The notes beneath the pieces are model-generated. The model was not told the DNA's origin, did no database searches, and saw nothing but the letters and a program-made list of their open reading frames with translations. The translations under genes were made by a program, and so were the position numbers. Shown in pieces: positions 10,149-21,363 of a stretch of 64,000 bases of DNA (the stretch's first letter is position 1; the number at the start of each line of letters is the position of its first letter). Origin of the DNA: Rhodosorus marinus CCMP1338 (Eukaryota; Plantae; Rhodophyta); NCBI GenBank assembly GCA_029953675.1, contig JAMWBK010000004.1, positions 1,054,001-1,118,000 of the forward strand, read 5' to 3'.

Positions 10149-12610
10149 GGAATACGAACGAATGGTTTAATCGGAGGCTGAAAAAAAAAAGCCCGAGGGG
10201 AAAAAAAGACTAAGCGCGGCGAAGTACTCGCGCCTCCAACATCAAAGCGGCATTCATGCGCCACAGCAGGAAACTTAAGCGGGTAAACAACGATTGAAGA
10301 CGGTCAGGGCGTTCGCGGAACAACTCCCGAAGCCAGCGAGAACCAACAGAGTCCATGAACCCAAAGCACTCAATGATCAGGGGTACCAAGCGATGTGCTA
10401 GTGCCGAAGCACGAACACCAGGGGAAGACAAAGCCCCCGCGTATTTGATCTCTTTGCGGCGTCTCATGCTGGCGGCGGCAGATCCACGGCGCTCCCCCGC
10501 AGCCGGGAGATAACGACTAGCTTGAGGGTTAGGAACAGCAAGATCAACGTATGTGGTACGGCGGCTGTCGTCACAGGTGATCACCAGGTCGGCTACACGG
10601 CGTTCATCATTTTGAAAGTCCGCGACGGGTAAAGGTTTCTCACGTTCGATTTCCAGACCGGCTTGCCGGACTATAGGCCGAAGTTCCCGGTATAACAGGT
10701 TCAAGATCCGTGTGTGGCGGCGGGTTCGAGCACCTTTCACCGCCGGGCAACTAGCGAGCAGGTGGGCGCCAAAATCTGCGTTGTCTTCAGTCTGAGAGCA
10801 GAGAGGGCACGACGAACCCATCTCGTACGGCCAAGGGGGCTGATGTAAGCCGAGGTATAAGCGCAGTGAAGTACGCACTTCGAAATCCGACAGTGTGAGT
10901 GGCGGAAAGGCTGGTACGGTCATGAGCCACTGAGAGCTAAGAACCCCTCCAAGACTACGTAGGCGGGCGCGAGCGCGAGAAGATGAGACCATCTGCGCGA
11001 GGAGTCGGCCATATGCAGCACGGTGCAAGTCCCAAGAAAGGATATTTTGCAGCGCATCCGTGCGTGCTTGAGCTCGGCTCCCAGCGCGCTGGGAATCATC
11101 AGGAGGATCAACTGGAACTTCTTCTTCTGCGGCAACCACTGGGTCAATCTCCCCTAGAACAGGTTCAGGCGCAGGACGAATCCCCGGAGCGGAGCCTCGA
11201 CAGCGGTCAAATACAGCTCGCCAGTCAGGAAGACGGGGTTGAACGGTTTCGGGGAGACTAGTACAGGAATTCAGGGCGGTTTGGAGCTCCAGAAACAAGT
11301 CTTGGGCGCTTTCCGGTACGCTGGGAAGCAAGACACCCCGCGAGAGGCTCGCCATCAAATTGCGGAACTTCGAGATACCCAAGCTTCTCAAAGTGGGAAG
11401 TGCGGTTCCCCAGGCCCCTACTGCGGCTGCAGGTTGGACCACAACACGATTGCAGAGGCCCAGTCCCCCCCAATCGCAATGGGAGGCCTACCTGGGCGCG
11501 CACAACATCACAGGTGGGTCGCGGCAGAGCGCTCAGCTCTTCATCGAGAAAATACCCCAGGTCACGGAAACTTTCAGCATCCGCACGAGTGGCCAACCAC
11601 CGGCCCCAATGAGTTGGAAGTGAGCGAAGCCAATAGGTTAACCGCTGACTGCAACAATACCGAAACAGCAACAACGAGCACTGGAGAAAGCCCGGAGGTA
11701 GCCGTCGAAGCTCTGCAACCAGCTGTCTGTGCTTACCGAGGAGCTGCAGCAACTCGCCTTCAACGAAGAACGGCGACCCGTAGGGGATGCCTAATTGGAC
11801 AAAACCATCCGGTCTCCAAATATCCTGGAACGACGCAGGTACCTGCTGCTCTTGTGCAGCTACACCTCCCCAGTAGAACGATTTGTGATGATTAACCTCC
11901 AGGTCAACCCGCGAAGCCAAGGAGCGGACACGATCATAAGCGAGTGCTAGAGTATCAGGGGGCCCCAGGAGGCACACGTCGTCGTGGTATGCAACCGTAC
12001 GAACCTGCGGGAATTCGGAGCGAAGACAAAGCAAGACGAGTTGTAGTCCACAGGCATGTAGGAAAGGGGACAAGGGATCACCCTGTTGTACCCCTGTGCG
12101 CGCCGCAAACGTGTGTGAGGAAGCGCCAAGGGTGTCATAGGTAGCCCCACGACCAAGCGGAGAATAAAGTCTACTAACAAAGGGAAAGCCTACAGGGAAG
12201 ACTTCGCGCACCACGCGCATGAGAGCCGGACGAGAGACGCGGTTGAACGCATTGGTAAAATCTACAGAGAGGAGCCCAGAATCTGGGGAGTACGCCATTT
12301 CAGAACGGAGTAAAACAGACAACAACTCACAGCCACCACGATAGCCCACGCCTAACTGCACGTGCCCAAAGAAACGGCGGGATTCGGGAACCAGGATTTT
12401 GACTAACCATCGCGCCGCCAATTTGCGGACCACCTCAACCAGGCCAATAGGGCGAATAGCAGGGCTCGAGGCCGTGTGGCCGGGCTTCGAAAGCAGACAC
12501 AACTGAGAACGCCCGACCAAGAACCACGCACACTCACGCAGGGGATCACCATTCACAAGGAATAAAGGTAGGCATTTCGAAACAGAGCCTTTTGAATTGG
12601 TTGGCACTTC
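10149..12610 (-). mobile_element. Family A CRE-like non-LTR retrotransposon, 5'-truncated, near-intact RT, zinc knuckle and RLE
   Basis: RT motifs RPIGLVEVVRKL, QLGVG..GGCE, VDFTNAFNRVSR, GVQQGDPLSP, AYHDD, LGIPYG, LPLRLGG. Then CPLC..HLLASC, RHTR, RVADL..VDL, K..KY, PLIIECFG. The two ORFs join if one base is removed from the C7 run at 11465-11471. Confidence 0.92.
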
Positions 12611-12879
12611 AATGATTGGCTAATACTCGCTTACGGCAATGCATTGGATAAACGGAAAAACGATTAAGTTATATACATTAGTATTTTAGAGGCTATGCTA
12701 TTTTTATTCTCTAATTAGATTAATAACTACCAATGATACGTATTGGAGATTTTTAAGGGATTATGAATGGTGAAAATGAAGCGGATGCCTCCCGTATTGG
12801 TCATACAGATGGAATATTTTTTTGCTGTCGTATTTCAATATGCCTGGGGTGGCGGGAGTCGATATATTGCTGGCATTAT

Positions 12880-13825
12880 TCTGGACTTTACTGGACTTTA
12901 CTAGCATAGCCTGAAGCGCTACGCAAGGCGTGAAGATGAACTAATAACTAGGGAGGGAAGTATGCAACCCCAGGCGCCGATGGCGCGCCTCGGAAAGCAT
13001 GTCGCTGGAATATCGCCAAAGGGAGACACTTAAAAGCCTCAAGAGCGCCAAATATTCAGTAGGATGCTCAGCAAAACATTTCCGCAACCACTCTAAACCC
13101 GACTTATCCACGTGACCAAAGCTTTCCACAATGAATGGCTGGAACCGGTGAGAGCGACCCTCAGCGCAAGGCAGACTGGCCATGCTCTCAGCATACCGTC
13201 GGTCAGGGCGTTCACGGAACAACTCCCGAAGCCAGCGAGAACCAACAGAGTCCATGAACCCAAAGCACTCAATGATCAGGGGTACCAAGCGATCTGCTAG
13301 TGCCGAAGCACGAACACCAGAGGAAGACAAAGCCCCCGCGTATTTGATCTCTTGGAATAAAGGTAGGCAATATTTCGAAACAGACCCTTTTGTGGGCTTT
13401 ACTGGACTTTACTGGACTTTACTGGACTTTACTAGCATAGCCTGAAGCGCTACGCAAGGCGTGAAGATGAACTAATAACTAGGGAGGGAAGCATGCAACC
13501 CCAGGCGCCTATGGCGCGCCTCGGAAAGCATGTCGCTGGAATATCGCCAAAGGGAGACCCTTAAACGGCTTAGTGCCGAAGCACGAACACCAGAGGAAGA
13601 CAAAGCCCCCGCGTATTTGATCTCTTGGAATAAAGGTAGGCAATATTTCGAAACAGACCCTTTTGTGGGCTTTACTGGACTTTACTGGACTTTACTAGCG
13701 TAACCCCGGACTTTACTAGCATAGCATGAAGCGCTACGTAAGGCGTGAAGATGAACTAATAACTAGGGAGGGAAGCATGCAACCCCAGGCGCCGATGGCG
13801 CGCCTCGGAAAGCATGTGGCTTTGT
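12880..13825 (-). mobile_element. Array of chimeric 3' modules: family B 3' ends with (AGTAAAGTCC)n tails fused to family A fragments
   Basis: The B 3' end (..RRLGLHTSLPSY* ..CTATGCTAGTAAAGTCC) recurs at about 12900, 13430 and 13720. A-derived pieces lie at 13201-13392 and 13570-13660. ORF 12941-13330 switches from A (RERPDR) to B (RYAESMASL). Confidence 0.85.
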
Positions 13826-15787
13826 TCTGGCTTTATTAGCATAGCCTACAGCGCTACGCAAACCATGAAAAGGAACTAAGAACTAGGTAGGGAAGCGTGA
13901 AAACCCAGGCGCCGATGGCGCGCCTCGGCAAGCATGCTGCTCGAATATCGTCACAGAGAGACACTTAAGCGCCGCAAAAGTTCCAAGTATTCAACAGGAT
14001 GCTCAGTGAAACATTTCCGTAACCACTCCAAACCCGAATTCTCCTCGTGACCAAAGCTTTCCACAATGAAAGGCTGGAACCGGTGGGAGCGACCCTCAGC
14101 GCGAGGCAGGCTGGCCATACTCTCAGCATACCGTCGTTCCTTCACGCGGCGAAGGGCCGAAGCAGCTGCTCCCCGGCGACGGGCGGCAGCCGTCAGATGG
14201 GAGCTTGCCACAGGGCATGTAATCGCGAGGTCAACATATGCTGAGCGTCTGGCGGCAGCATCGGAGACGAGGAGATCTGCGATACAGCGGGGCGGCGTGC
14301 CCTATCCGAGACCGATCTGGGTAGTTCCGATTCCACCTCAACCGTATGCCCTGCCCGAGTCAGACATTCGCTGAGAATGTACTTGAAGCGAGTGTGACGC
14401 CTCGTACGAAGACCTCTCAACAGTCCGCATGAACCTAAGAAATGGTAACCACAAGCATCGATCCGACTCTCACATCCCTGACAGAAAGACGGGCGATTAG
14501 GGTGCCACGGAGCTTGTGGCAAACCCAGGTAAATCCGTGCGGCATAGCGAAACTGGAAGGCATCCAGACGGTGACCCAGTGCTGACGGCAGGGTCGTTAA
14601 CCACAAATGTGATAGATGGCCTCCCACGCTGCTCGCCTAAGGACCCTCAGGAGTGGAGCGCGGAGGGACCCCGGCCATCACGGAGGAGTGTGCTGAACAG
14701 GAGTTTCACGAAGGAACCCGACCAAAAACTCCCGGACAAACCAGCGCCTCAGACCGAAAACTCGTTCGCAAGAGTCTTGGACAAAGTTGTCACTCCCCAA
14801 ACCGACGCCATGGTGCTCGAGCTCCGCATGTTCACCAAGGGCTCGGAGATTAGGTGGCAGGGAGCCCCTCCAAACTTCACGCGGGCCGAGAAAACGGCAT
14901 TTTTCGGATTCCATGGTTAGACCTACTCCACGTGCGAGTTCTTCGATCTGGGTCAGTCCCCGAGCCAAGTGCTCAGCAGTGCCCAGTAACGTCACGTCGT
15001 CATGGTAGGCACAAATGCGAAGCTCCGGCACCTCAGCCGCCAGTCGCTGGAGCACGAGCTGCAAGGCACCGCGTGAAGTACCGGCCCACAAGGATCACCC
15101 TGTTGAACGCCAGTACGTGCTGCAAAAACAGAGCCCTGCGTTGTCAAGTAAGGGAGGCTTCCCCCTCCGTGAATACCGGATAGGAACGGCCACGCCTATG
15201 GGAATACGCTGCGAATCACCTCCAAAGCATGCGTCCGCGAGACGCTGTCGAACGCGTTACGGAAGCCAACTACCAAAACGCCCCAATCAGGCCTACTGGC
15301 TCGCTCGAGCTCGGTCGTATGGGTGATTAGTTCGCAACCCCTGGAAAATCCCACCCCTACCTGCCAAGGCGCCATAAAGGCGGTGACTCGCTGGCGTAGG
15401 CGCTGGCATAGCCACCTCCCGGCGAGTTTCCGTAGACTCTCAACCATACCGATCGGCCGGAGACGCGGGTGTGCCGGCTCGTGGTCGGGTTTCATTAACA
15501 AGCAAAGCTGTGCCCGTCGCAGATGGTCTCAAGGGTTAGACGCACCCCTGCGACCTGAAACAGCGTATTCAGGATCTTCACCAGGGCGCTTTGGCTAGGC
15601 TTGCTCAAGGCCTGCAGTAATTCCGTTCGTAGCTCAGAGGGTCCAGGGGCAGCGTCCACGACGGGAGGCCCAGAGCAAATCCTCCAGATCGGACTCACGG
15701 AGCGTCAGGTCGATGCGGAACCTGGCCAACTCTGGACGGTCTAAAAATACCTCGAATTCGGGGAGCAAGTCTACGTCGGACGAGGGG
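13826..15787 (-). mobile_element. Family B CRE-like element, 5'-truncated, with an internal deletion/replacement near 14630-14760
   Basis: RT (RLRPIGMVESLRKL, NAFDSVSR, GVQQGDP, AYHDD), zinc knuckle CQGC..HFLGSC, RTRRH and RLE 3' end. Frameshifted. Confidence 0.85.
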
Positions 15788-16481
15788 TTGAGCAAGCCTG
15801 GCCAGAACGCCCTGGTGAAGATCCTGAATACGCTGTTTCAGGTCGCAGGGGTGCGTCTAACCCTTGAGACCATCTGCGACGGGCACAGCTTTGCTTGTTA
15901 ATGAAACCCGACCACGAGCCGGCACACCCGCGTCTCCGGCCGATCGGTATGGTTGAGAGTCTACGGAAACTCGCCGGGAGGTGGCTATGCCAGCGCCTAC
16001 GCCAGCGAGTCACCGCCTTTATGGCGCCTTGGCAGGTAGGGGTGGGATTTTCCAGGGGTTGCGAACTAATCACCCATACGACCGAGCTCGAGCGAGCCAG
16101 TAGGCCTGATTGGGGCGTTTTGGTAGTTGGCTTCCGTAACGCGTTCGACAGCGTCTCGCGGACGCATGCTTTGGAGGTGATTCGCAGCGTATTCCCATAG
16201 GCGTGGCCGTTCCTATCCGGTATTCACGGAGGGGGAAGCCTCCCTTACTTGACAACGCAGGGCTCTGTTTTTGCAGCACGTACTGGCGTTCAACAGGGTG
16301 ATCCTTGTGGGCCGGTACTTCACGCGGTGCCTTGCAGCTCGTGCTCCAGCGACTGGCGGCTGAGGTGCCGGAGCTTCGCATTTGTGCCTACCATGACGAC
16401 GTGACGTTACTGGGCACTGCTGAGCACTTGGCTCGGGGACTGACCCAGATCGAAGAACTCGCACGTGGAGTAGGTCTAACC
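15788..16481 (+). repeat. 694-bp inverted duplicate of 14915-15608 (family B RT region)
   Basis: ORFs 15196-15501(-) and 15895-16200(+) translate identically. The arms are the same length, with 3 mismatches seen near the inner end and a 179-bp spacer. Confidence 0.9.
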
Positions 16482-16489
16482 GTAAGCTT

Positions 16490-18070
16490 TACTGGGCAGC
16501 TGCCTACTGCAGCGCAACACTACGTCTAATCCTATCTAGGGAGAAACTTACTGGAACCCCGCTACCGGGGTCTCATGCTACGTTCAAAAGAAAAAACAGG
16601 CACCAGCGGATTCTCCAGCTGGTCCACGCGCAAAGCGCCTAATGCTATCTCTGCGTTACCTCGCCATAGTTGCCGGTTTATCTGGGATCTCACGTCTCTC
16701 AGCTCCTCACTCCTGTGCAGTAGGTGTTTGCAGCTGTCGCGGAGGAACTCTTGTGCCATTTGCCCCGTACGCCCAAACGTCTCTATTGCTATCGGGATGA
16801 ACTTATCATCCGGTTTCTCGATCACCATCGCTTCCTTGTAGTGAGCGATTTTCCACTTCTCCGCAGCTCTCGCCGCGTATCCGCTATCATCTTGGCTCCG
16901 CCGCAAATATTTTCCCTGTAATGGTGACACCACCGTCACATCCAGCGCATACCTTTGTTTAGTCCTCGGATGCCTAGCAACGATATCAGGTCGCAGTCCG
17001 TAGTTCTCGAAGTACCCCTCAGGTTCTTGCTCTACGTCCATGAAGTTCCATCGCCGTAGCCACCGTGCCAGCTCTCTGCAGATTTCGTCATGCCTACGTT
17101 GCCACAGTCCAGTTGATGTTGGGCAGTGATGAAACCGTTGTACCCCAGTCCTTCCGTGTTTACTCCGGCAACTAGTGCACTTCTCGGTGGTCCGCAATCC
17201 CGGAATTGGCAGACCCAGCAGTTGTCGAACGTTTACCTGCATCTCAACCGCACTCAATTTTTTCGGTGTCAGCGTTGGTATTTCACGTAGCCAGACTCCC
17301 GACCCGGATCCCGCTGCAGACCGTATTCGAGCTCGGTTTTCAGGGGAGATTCGAGCTCGGTTTTCAGGGGAGATTCGTGGGTTGGTGACCAGCTTTTGGA
17401 ATGCACAATGGTGTGCCTCTCGAGAGAGGGTTTGTTGTATTGAACCATTATTCCAAGCTGCAGTCTCGCCCGGGGCGCTTCGAAGAGATGTTTCTCGCGG
17501 TTGTTGCAGGGTTGTCAGTGCCAAGATCCGCGGCGGGGTTTCTGCTCCGAGCCTCCGTTGTATTGCTCGCGACGATGCACAGATCTGGTCCGCCAGCTGT
17601 GCAGTCGACCATCGTTGATCCATCGGCTCGTATGTGTCTGGTGAGCGTTCTGCCGTAACCTCCCGCTCTAGTTCAGTCAGGTATGGCCATTCATCTTCAT
17701 TGTTCCGGAAGGTGTTTCTCCATGACGAGTAAAACGCGATGGGTTGGACGCGCTTTCGAGTAGCGAAACCCAAACCTCCCCAGCGGCAGGGCAGAGCGAT
17801 TTGGTCCGAGATCAGCTCTGCGTACTCATCGTCCTCTACAGTTTCGAGAAACGATTTAGAAAATCTACCTGGCACGGAACATCCTTCCAATCTCCTCAAT
17901 GAGGATGGCAAGGTGAAGCCGAGCGAGGCGTTAATTACCCAAGCAAAATACGAGGCTGGCTTCTTCTCGTTCTTCTGAGGCGGACGAGCTGCAGAAGGAA
18001 CAGTTTTTACTTAAGGCCGCATACAAATTCCCAGTGACAAGGCTGACACCAGAACCAGAAAAACAAGCAC
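16490..18070 (-). mobile_element. Family C (C2) CRE-like element, 5'-truncated, with an intact 449-aa post-RT/zinc knuckle/RLE ORF
   Basis: LPCRWGGLG, RIRSAAGSGSGVWLRE, CTSC..HHC, RRHDEI, LRPDIVARHP, LDVTVVSP, KIAHYKE, PIAIETFG. Confidence 0.9.
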
Positions 18071-18079
18071 AAGAGTGTC

Positions 18080-19800
18080 GCCACGTACCCATGGAATCCG
18101 AAAAATGCCGTTTTCTCGGCCCGCGTGAAGTTTCGAGGGGCTCCATGCCACCTAATCTCCGAGCCCTTGGTGAACATGCGGGGCTCGAGCACCATGGCGT
18201 CGGTTTGGGGAGTGACAACTTTGTCCAAGACTCTTGCGAACGAGTTTTTGCGCGCCATAAACAGCTCACCGACGCCATTGAGCGCCTACCGGATAGCATG
18301 CTCCAATCGGCTGGCCTGCTCTCCCGCTTTTATGCCGGCCCCCGACTGAATTACTGGCTGCGAAGTCTTCCACCGCACTGGTGCTCGTGGATGGCAGGCA
18401 AGGCGGACGAGGCGACGCTGAAGCACTGGGGAACGCTCCTGGATGAACCCCTGGACTTGGAAGCGGCTCCTGACAGGGGCCTAATTCGTGGCCAGATTGC
18501 CGTACCTTTACTATTAGGCGGATTTGGAGTGGCCGACCGTGGACTCGTATGCTCGGCAGCGGCGGTCGCCTCCTGGGCTACCGCGCATCGCACCTTGGTG
18601 AGTTTTCGGATGCGAAGTGCTTGCCTTTTGGCTAGAGCACTGACTATCGAAGAACCCGTGACCCTTCCGCCGCCGCTTTTGAGTATCTATGATGCTCTGC
18701 ATCAGGCGTTCAGTAAGTGCAACGCCGTGCCGGACGAGAGCCGATCCAGATTTCGCTCCTGGAAGGAGCTGTTATGGGGACGAACTGAGGCGCTCTAGGA
18801 CTCTCCAATCTACAGAGTACTCGCCGACGAGGGGGAAGCTAGCCCCGGGTCACCGGTTGCCGATTTCCCGGGTTTGAGCCGATTGTGGAGCTCGCGCACT
18901 GATGTGATTCAACATAGCCTCACCTGTGGCCAACACAGTGCCGCTCCCGCAATCTTGCTCAACTCTCCCCTCACACCGCCTACCACCGCTCGCCTCCGCG
19001 CCATGGGAGGCCATCTATCACATTTTTTTATATTTTTTGTGGTTAACGACCCTGCCGTCAGCACTGGGTCACCGTCTGGATGCCTTCCAGTTTCGCTCTG
19101 CCGCACGGACTTACCTGGGTTTGCCACACGCTCCGTGGCACTCTAATCGCCCGTCTTTCTGTCAGGGATGTGAGAGTCGGATCGATGCTTGTGGTTACCA
19201 TTTCTTAGGTTCATGCGGACTGTTGAGAGGTCTTCGTACGAGGCGTCACACTCGCTTCAAGTACATTCTCAGCGAATGTTTGACTCGGGCAGGGCATACG
19301 GTTGAGGTGGAATCGGACTACCCAGATCGGTCTCGGATAGGGCACCGCCCTATGCGGCTGTATCGCAGATCTCCTCTTCTCCGATGCTGCTGCCAGACGC
19401 TCAGCATATGTTGACCTCGCGATTACATGGCCTGCGGCAAGCGCCCATCTGACGGCTGCCGCCCGTCGCCGGGGAGCAGCTGCTTCGGCCCTTCGCCGCG
19501 TGAAGGAACGACGGTATGCTGAGAGTATGGCCAGCCTGCCTCGTGCGGAGGGTCGCTCCCACCGTTTCCAGCCTTTCATTGTGGAAAGCTTTGGTCATGT
19601 GGAGAAGTCGGGTTTGGAGTGGTTACGGAAATGCTTCACTGAGCACTTTTGCGGCGCTTAAAGTTCTCTCTGTGACGATATTCGAGCAGCATGCTTGCCG
19701 AGGCGCGCCATCGGCGCCTGGGTTTGCACGCTTCCCTACCTAGTTCTTAGTTCCTTTCACGGTTTGCGTAGCGCCGTAAGCTGTGCTAATAAAACCAGTG
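18080..19800 (+). mobile_element. Family B element, 5'-truncated within the RT thumb, degraded
   Basis: ESEKCRFL..HHGVGLGSDNFV..PRLNYWLRSLP..VPLLLGGFG, followed by the zinc knuckle and RLE with frameshifts. Ends CTGTGCTAATAAAACCAG. Confidence 0.85.
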
Positions 19801-19887
19801 CCAGTAACACTGGTTTTATTAGCACAGCGAGTGTGACGCCTCGTACGGAGACCTGTTGCGAGGTCTCCGTACGAGGCGTCACACTCG
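19780..19887. repeat. Two abutting perfect inverted repeats (21-bp arms with a 7-nt loop; 27-bp arms with a 6-nt loop)
   Basis: 19780-19800 pairs with 19808-19828, and 19828-19854 pairs with 19861-19887; both are exact reverse complements. Confidence 0.92.
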
Positions 19888-20480
19888 CCTCAAGTACATC
19901 CTCAGCGAATTTTTGACTCGGATAGGGCATACGGTTGAGGTTGAGTCGGAACTGCCCAGATCAATCTCGGACTCCGCACCGCCCCGTTGTATAGCCGATC
20001 TCCTCGTCTCTGACGCTGCTGCCAGACGCTCAACATATGTGGACCTTGTGATTACCTGCCCCGTGGCCAGCGCCCACCTCACCGCAGCCGCCCGCCGCCG
20101 GGGGGCCGCGGCTTCAGCCCTTCGAAGAGTTAAGGAACGACGGTATGCTGAGAGCATGGCCAGTCTGCCTTGCGCTGAGGGTCGCTCTCACCGGTTCCAG
20201 CCATTCATTGTGGAAAGCTTTGGTCACGTGGATAAGTCGGGTTTAGAGTGGTTGCGGAAATGTTTTGCTGAGCATCCTACTGAATATTTGGCGCTCTTGA
20301 GGCGTTTAAGTGTCTCCCTTTGGCGATATTCCAGCGACATGCTTTCCGAGGCGCGCCATCGGCGCCTGGGGTTGCATACTTCCCTCCCTAGTTATTAGTT
20401 CATCTTCACGCCTTGCGTAGCGCTTCAGGCTATGCTAGTAAAGTCCAGTAAAGCCCAGTAAAGGGAATAAAGCCTGTAGA
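19855..20480 (+). mobile_element. Family B 3' fragment with an intact RLE ORF and repeat tail
   Basis: ORF 19856-20398: RTRRHTRL..VEVE..RCIADLLV..STYVDL..KERRY..PFIVESFG. Tail AGTAAAGTCCAGTAAAGCCCAGTAAAG. Confidence 0.9.
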
Positions 20481-20739
20481 CTAGTGGAAGAGGTGGTAAG
20501 GACTTGGAGTAGAACAAGCACATTCCGCGAGGGAGGACGGCATTCGGTCGTTATCGAACCATTTCTCGGACGAAGGTTCTTACTTATTTTCTATCCAGGT
20601 TCGATATGCTTGTATTGGATGGAAGTCCGCAGTAAAGGGCACCTTTTTATAGGTTCGATAAATGTTGCTCGGACCGTTCGATATTCATCTATCGCCACTG
20701 GACTTATTGTTTTATCGGAAAGAGATAACAAACCGCTTC

Positions 20740-21085
20740 CAACCGGATTGTGGTGTATGAACGCTGCTTTATGTTGGAGGCGTGCGATCCGCGCATAGTC
20801 TTTCTTTCCGCTGCGGGGTTTATTCTTTCAGTCTCCGATTAGGCAAATTCATTCGTTCCACCCTGGTCATTGAGCCTTTGGGTTTATGGATTCCGTTGGT
20901 TCTCGTTGGCTTCGGGAGTTAGGTCCGCGAACGTCCTTATCGTCTCTCCTCGTTGTTTACCCGTTCAAGTTTCTTGCTGTGGCGTAGGAACGCTGCTTTC
21001 TTGTTGGAGGCGCGAGATCTTCGCCACCCGTAGTCATTTTCTTCCCCTCGGGGTTGCCTTTCTTCCAGTCCCGGATTTAACAAAG
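20740..21085 (+). mobile_element. Two tandem, diverged family A 3' fragments
   Basis: Two copies of ..NAAL.LEAR..* with a T-rich UTR ending CCGATTAGGCAAATTCATTCG and CCGGATTTAAC. Confidence 0.75.
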
Positions 21086-21363
21086 GCACGCAGTAGCCAA
21101 GGCCCAACGTACGCTGGTCGTACATTTTAAAACCTTCAGACTGTTCCCATCGCCAACGGTTTTTTAGTTTTCTGGTTACCACTTTTCGGACTCCTCAGCA
21201 AATGGGTTTATTCCGTTACTGGAAGAAAATCATGTTTTTGTCGCTTTTTATTTTTTGTATTTTTGTATTTCCCTTCAATACTTTCTATCTATATCACTTT
21301 GGGAGGGGTTCCGCCCATCCACTTAGCGCGATGCAATTTCCATGCTCACGCGCGCAGATGCCA

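Noticed and set aside
11239-20157. Numerous 60-220 aa ORFs antisense or off-frame to the retroelement ORFs
   Set aside because: They are shadow ORFs of GC-rich RT/RLE coding sequence with no independent motifs.
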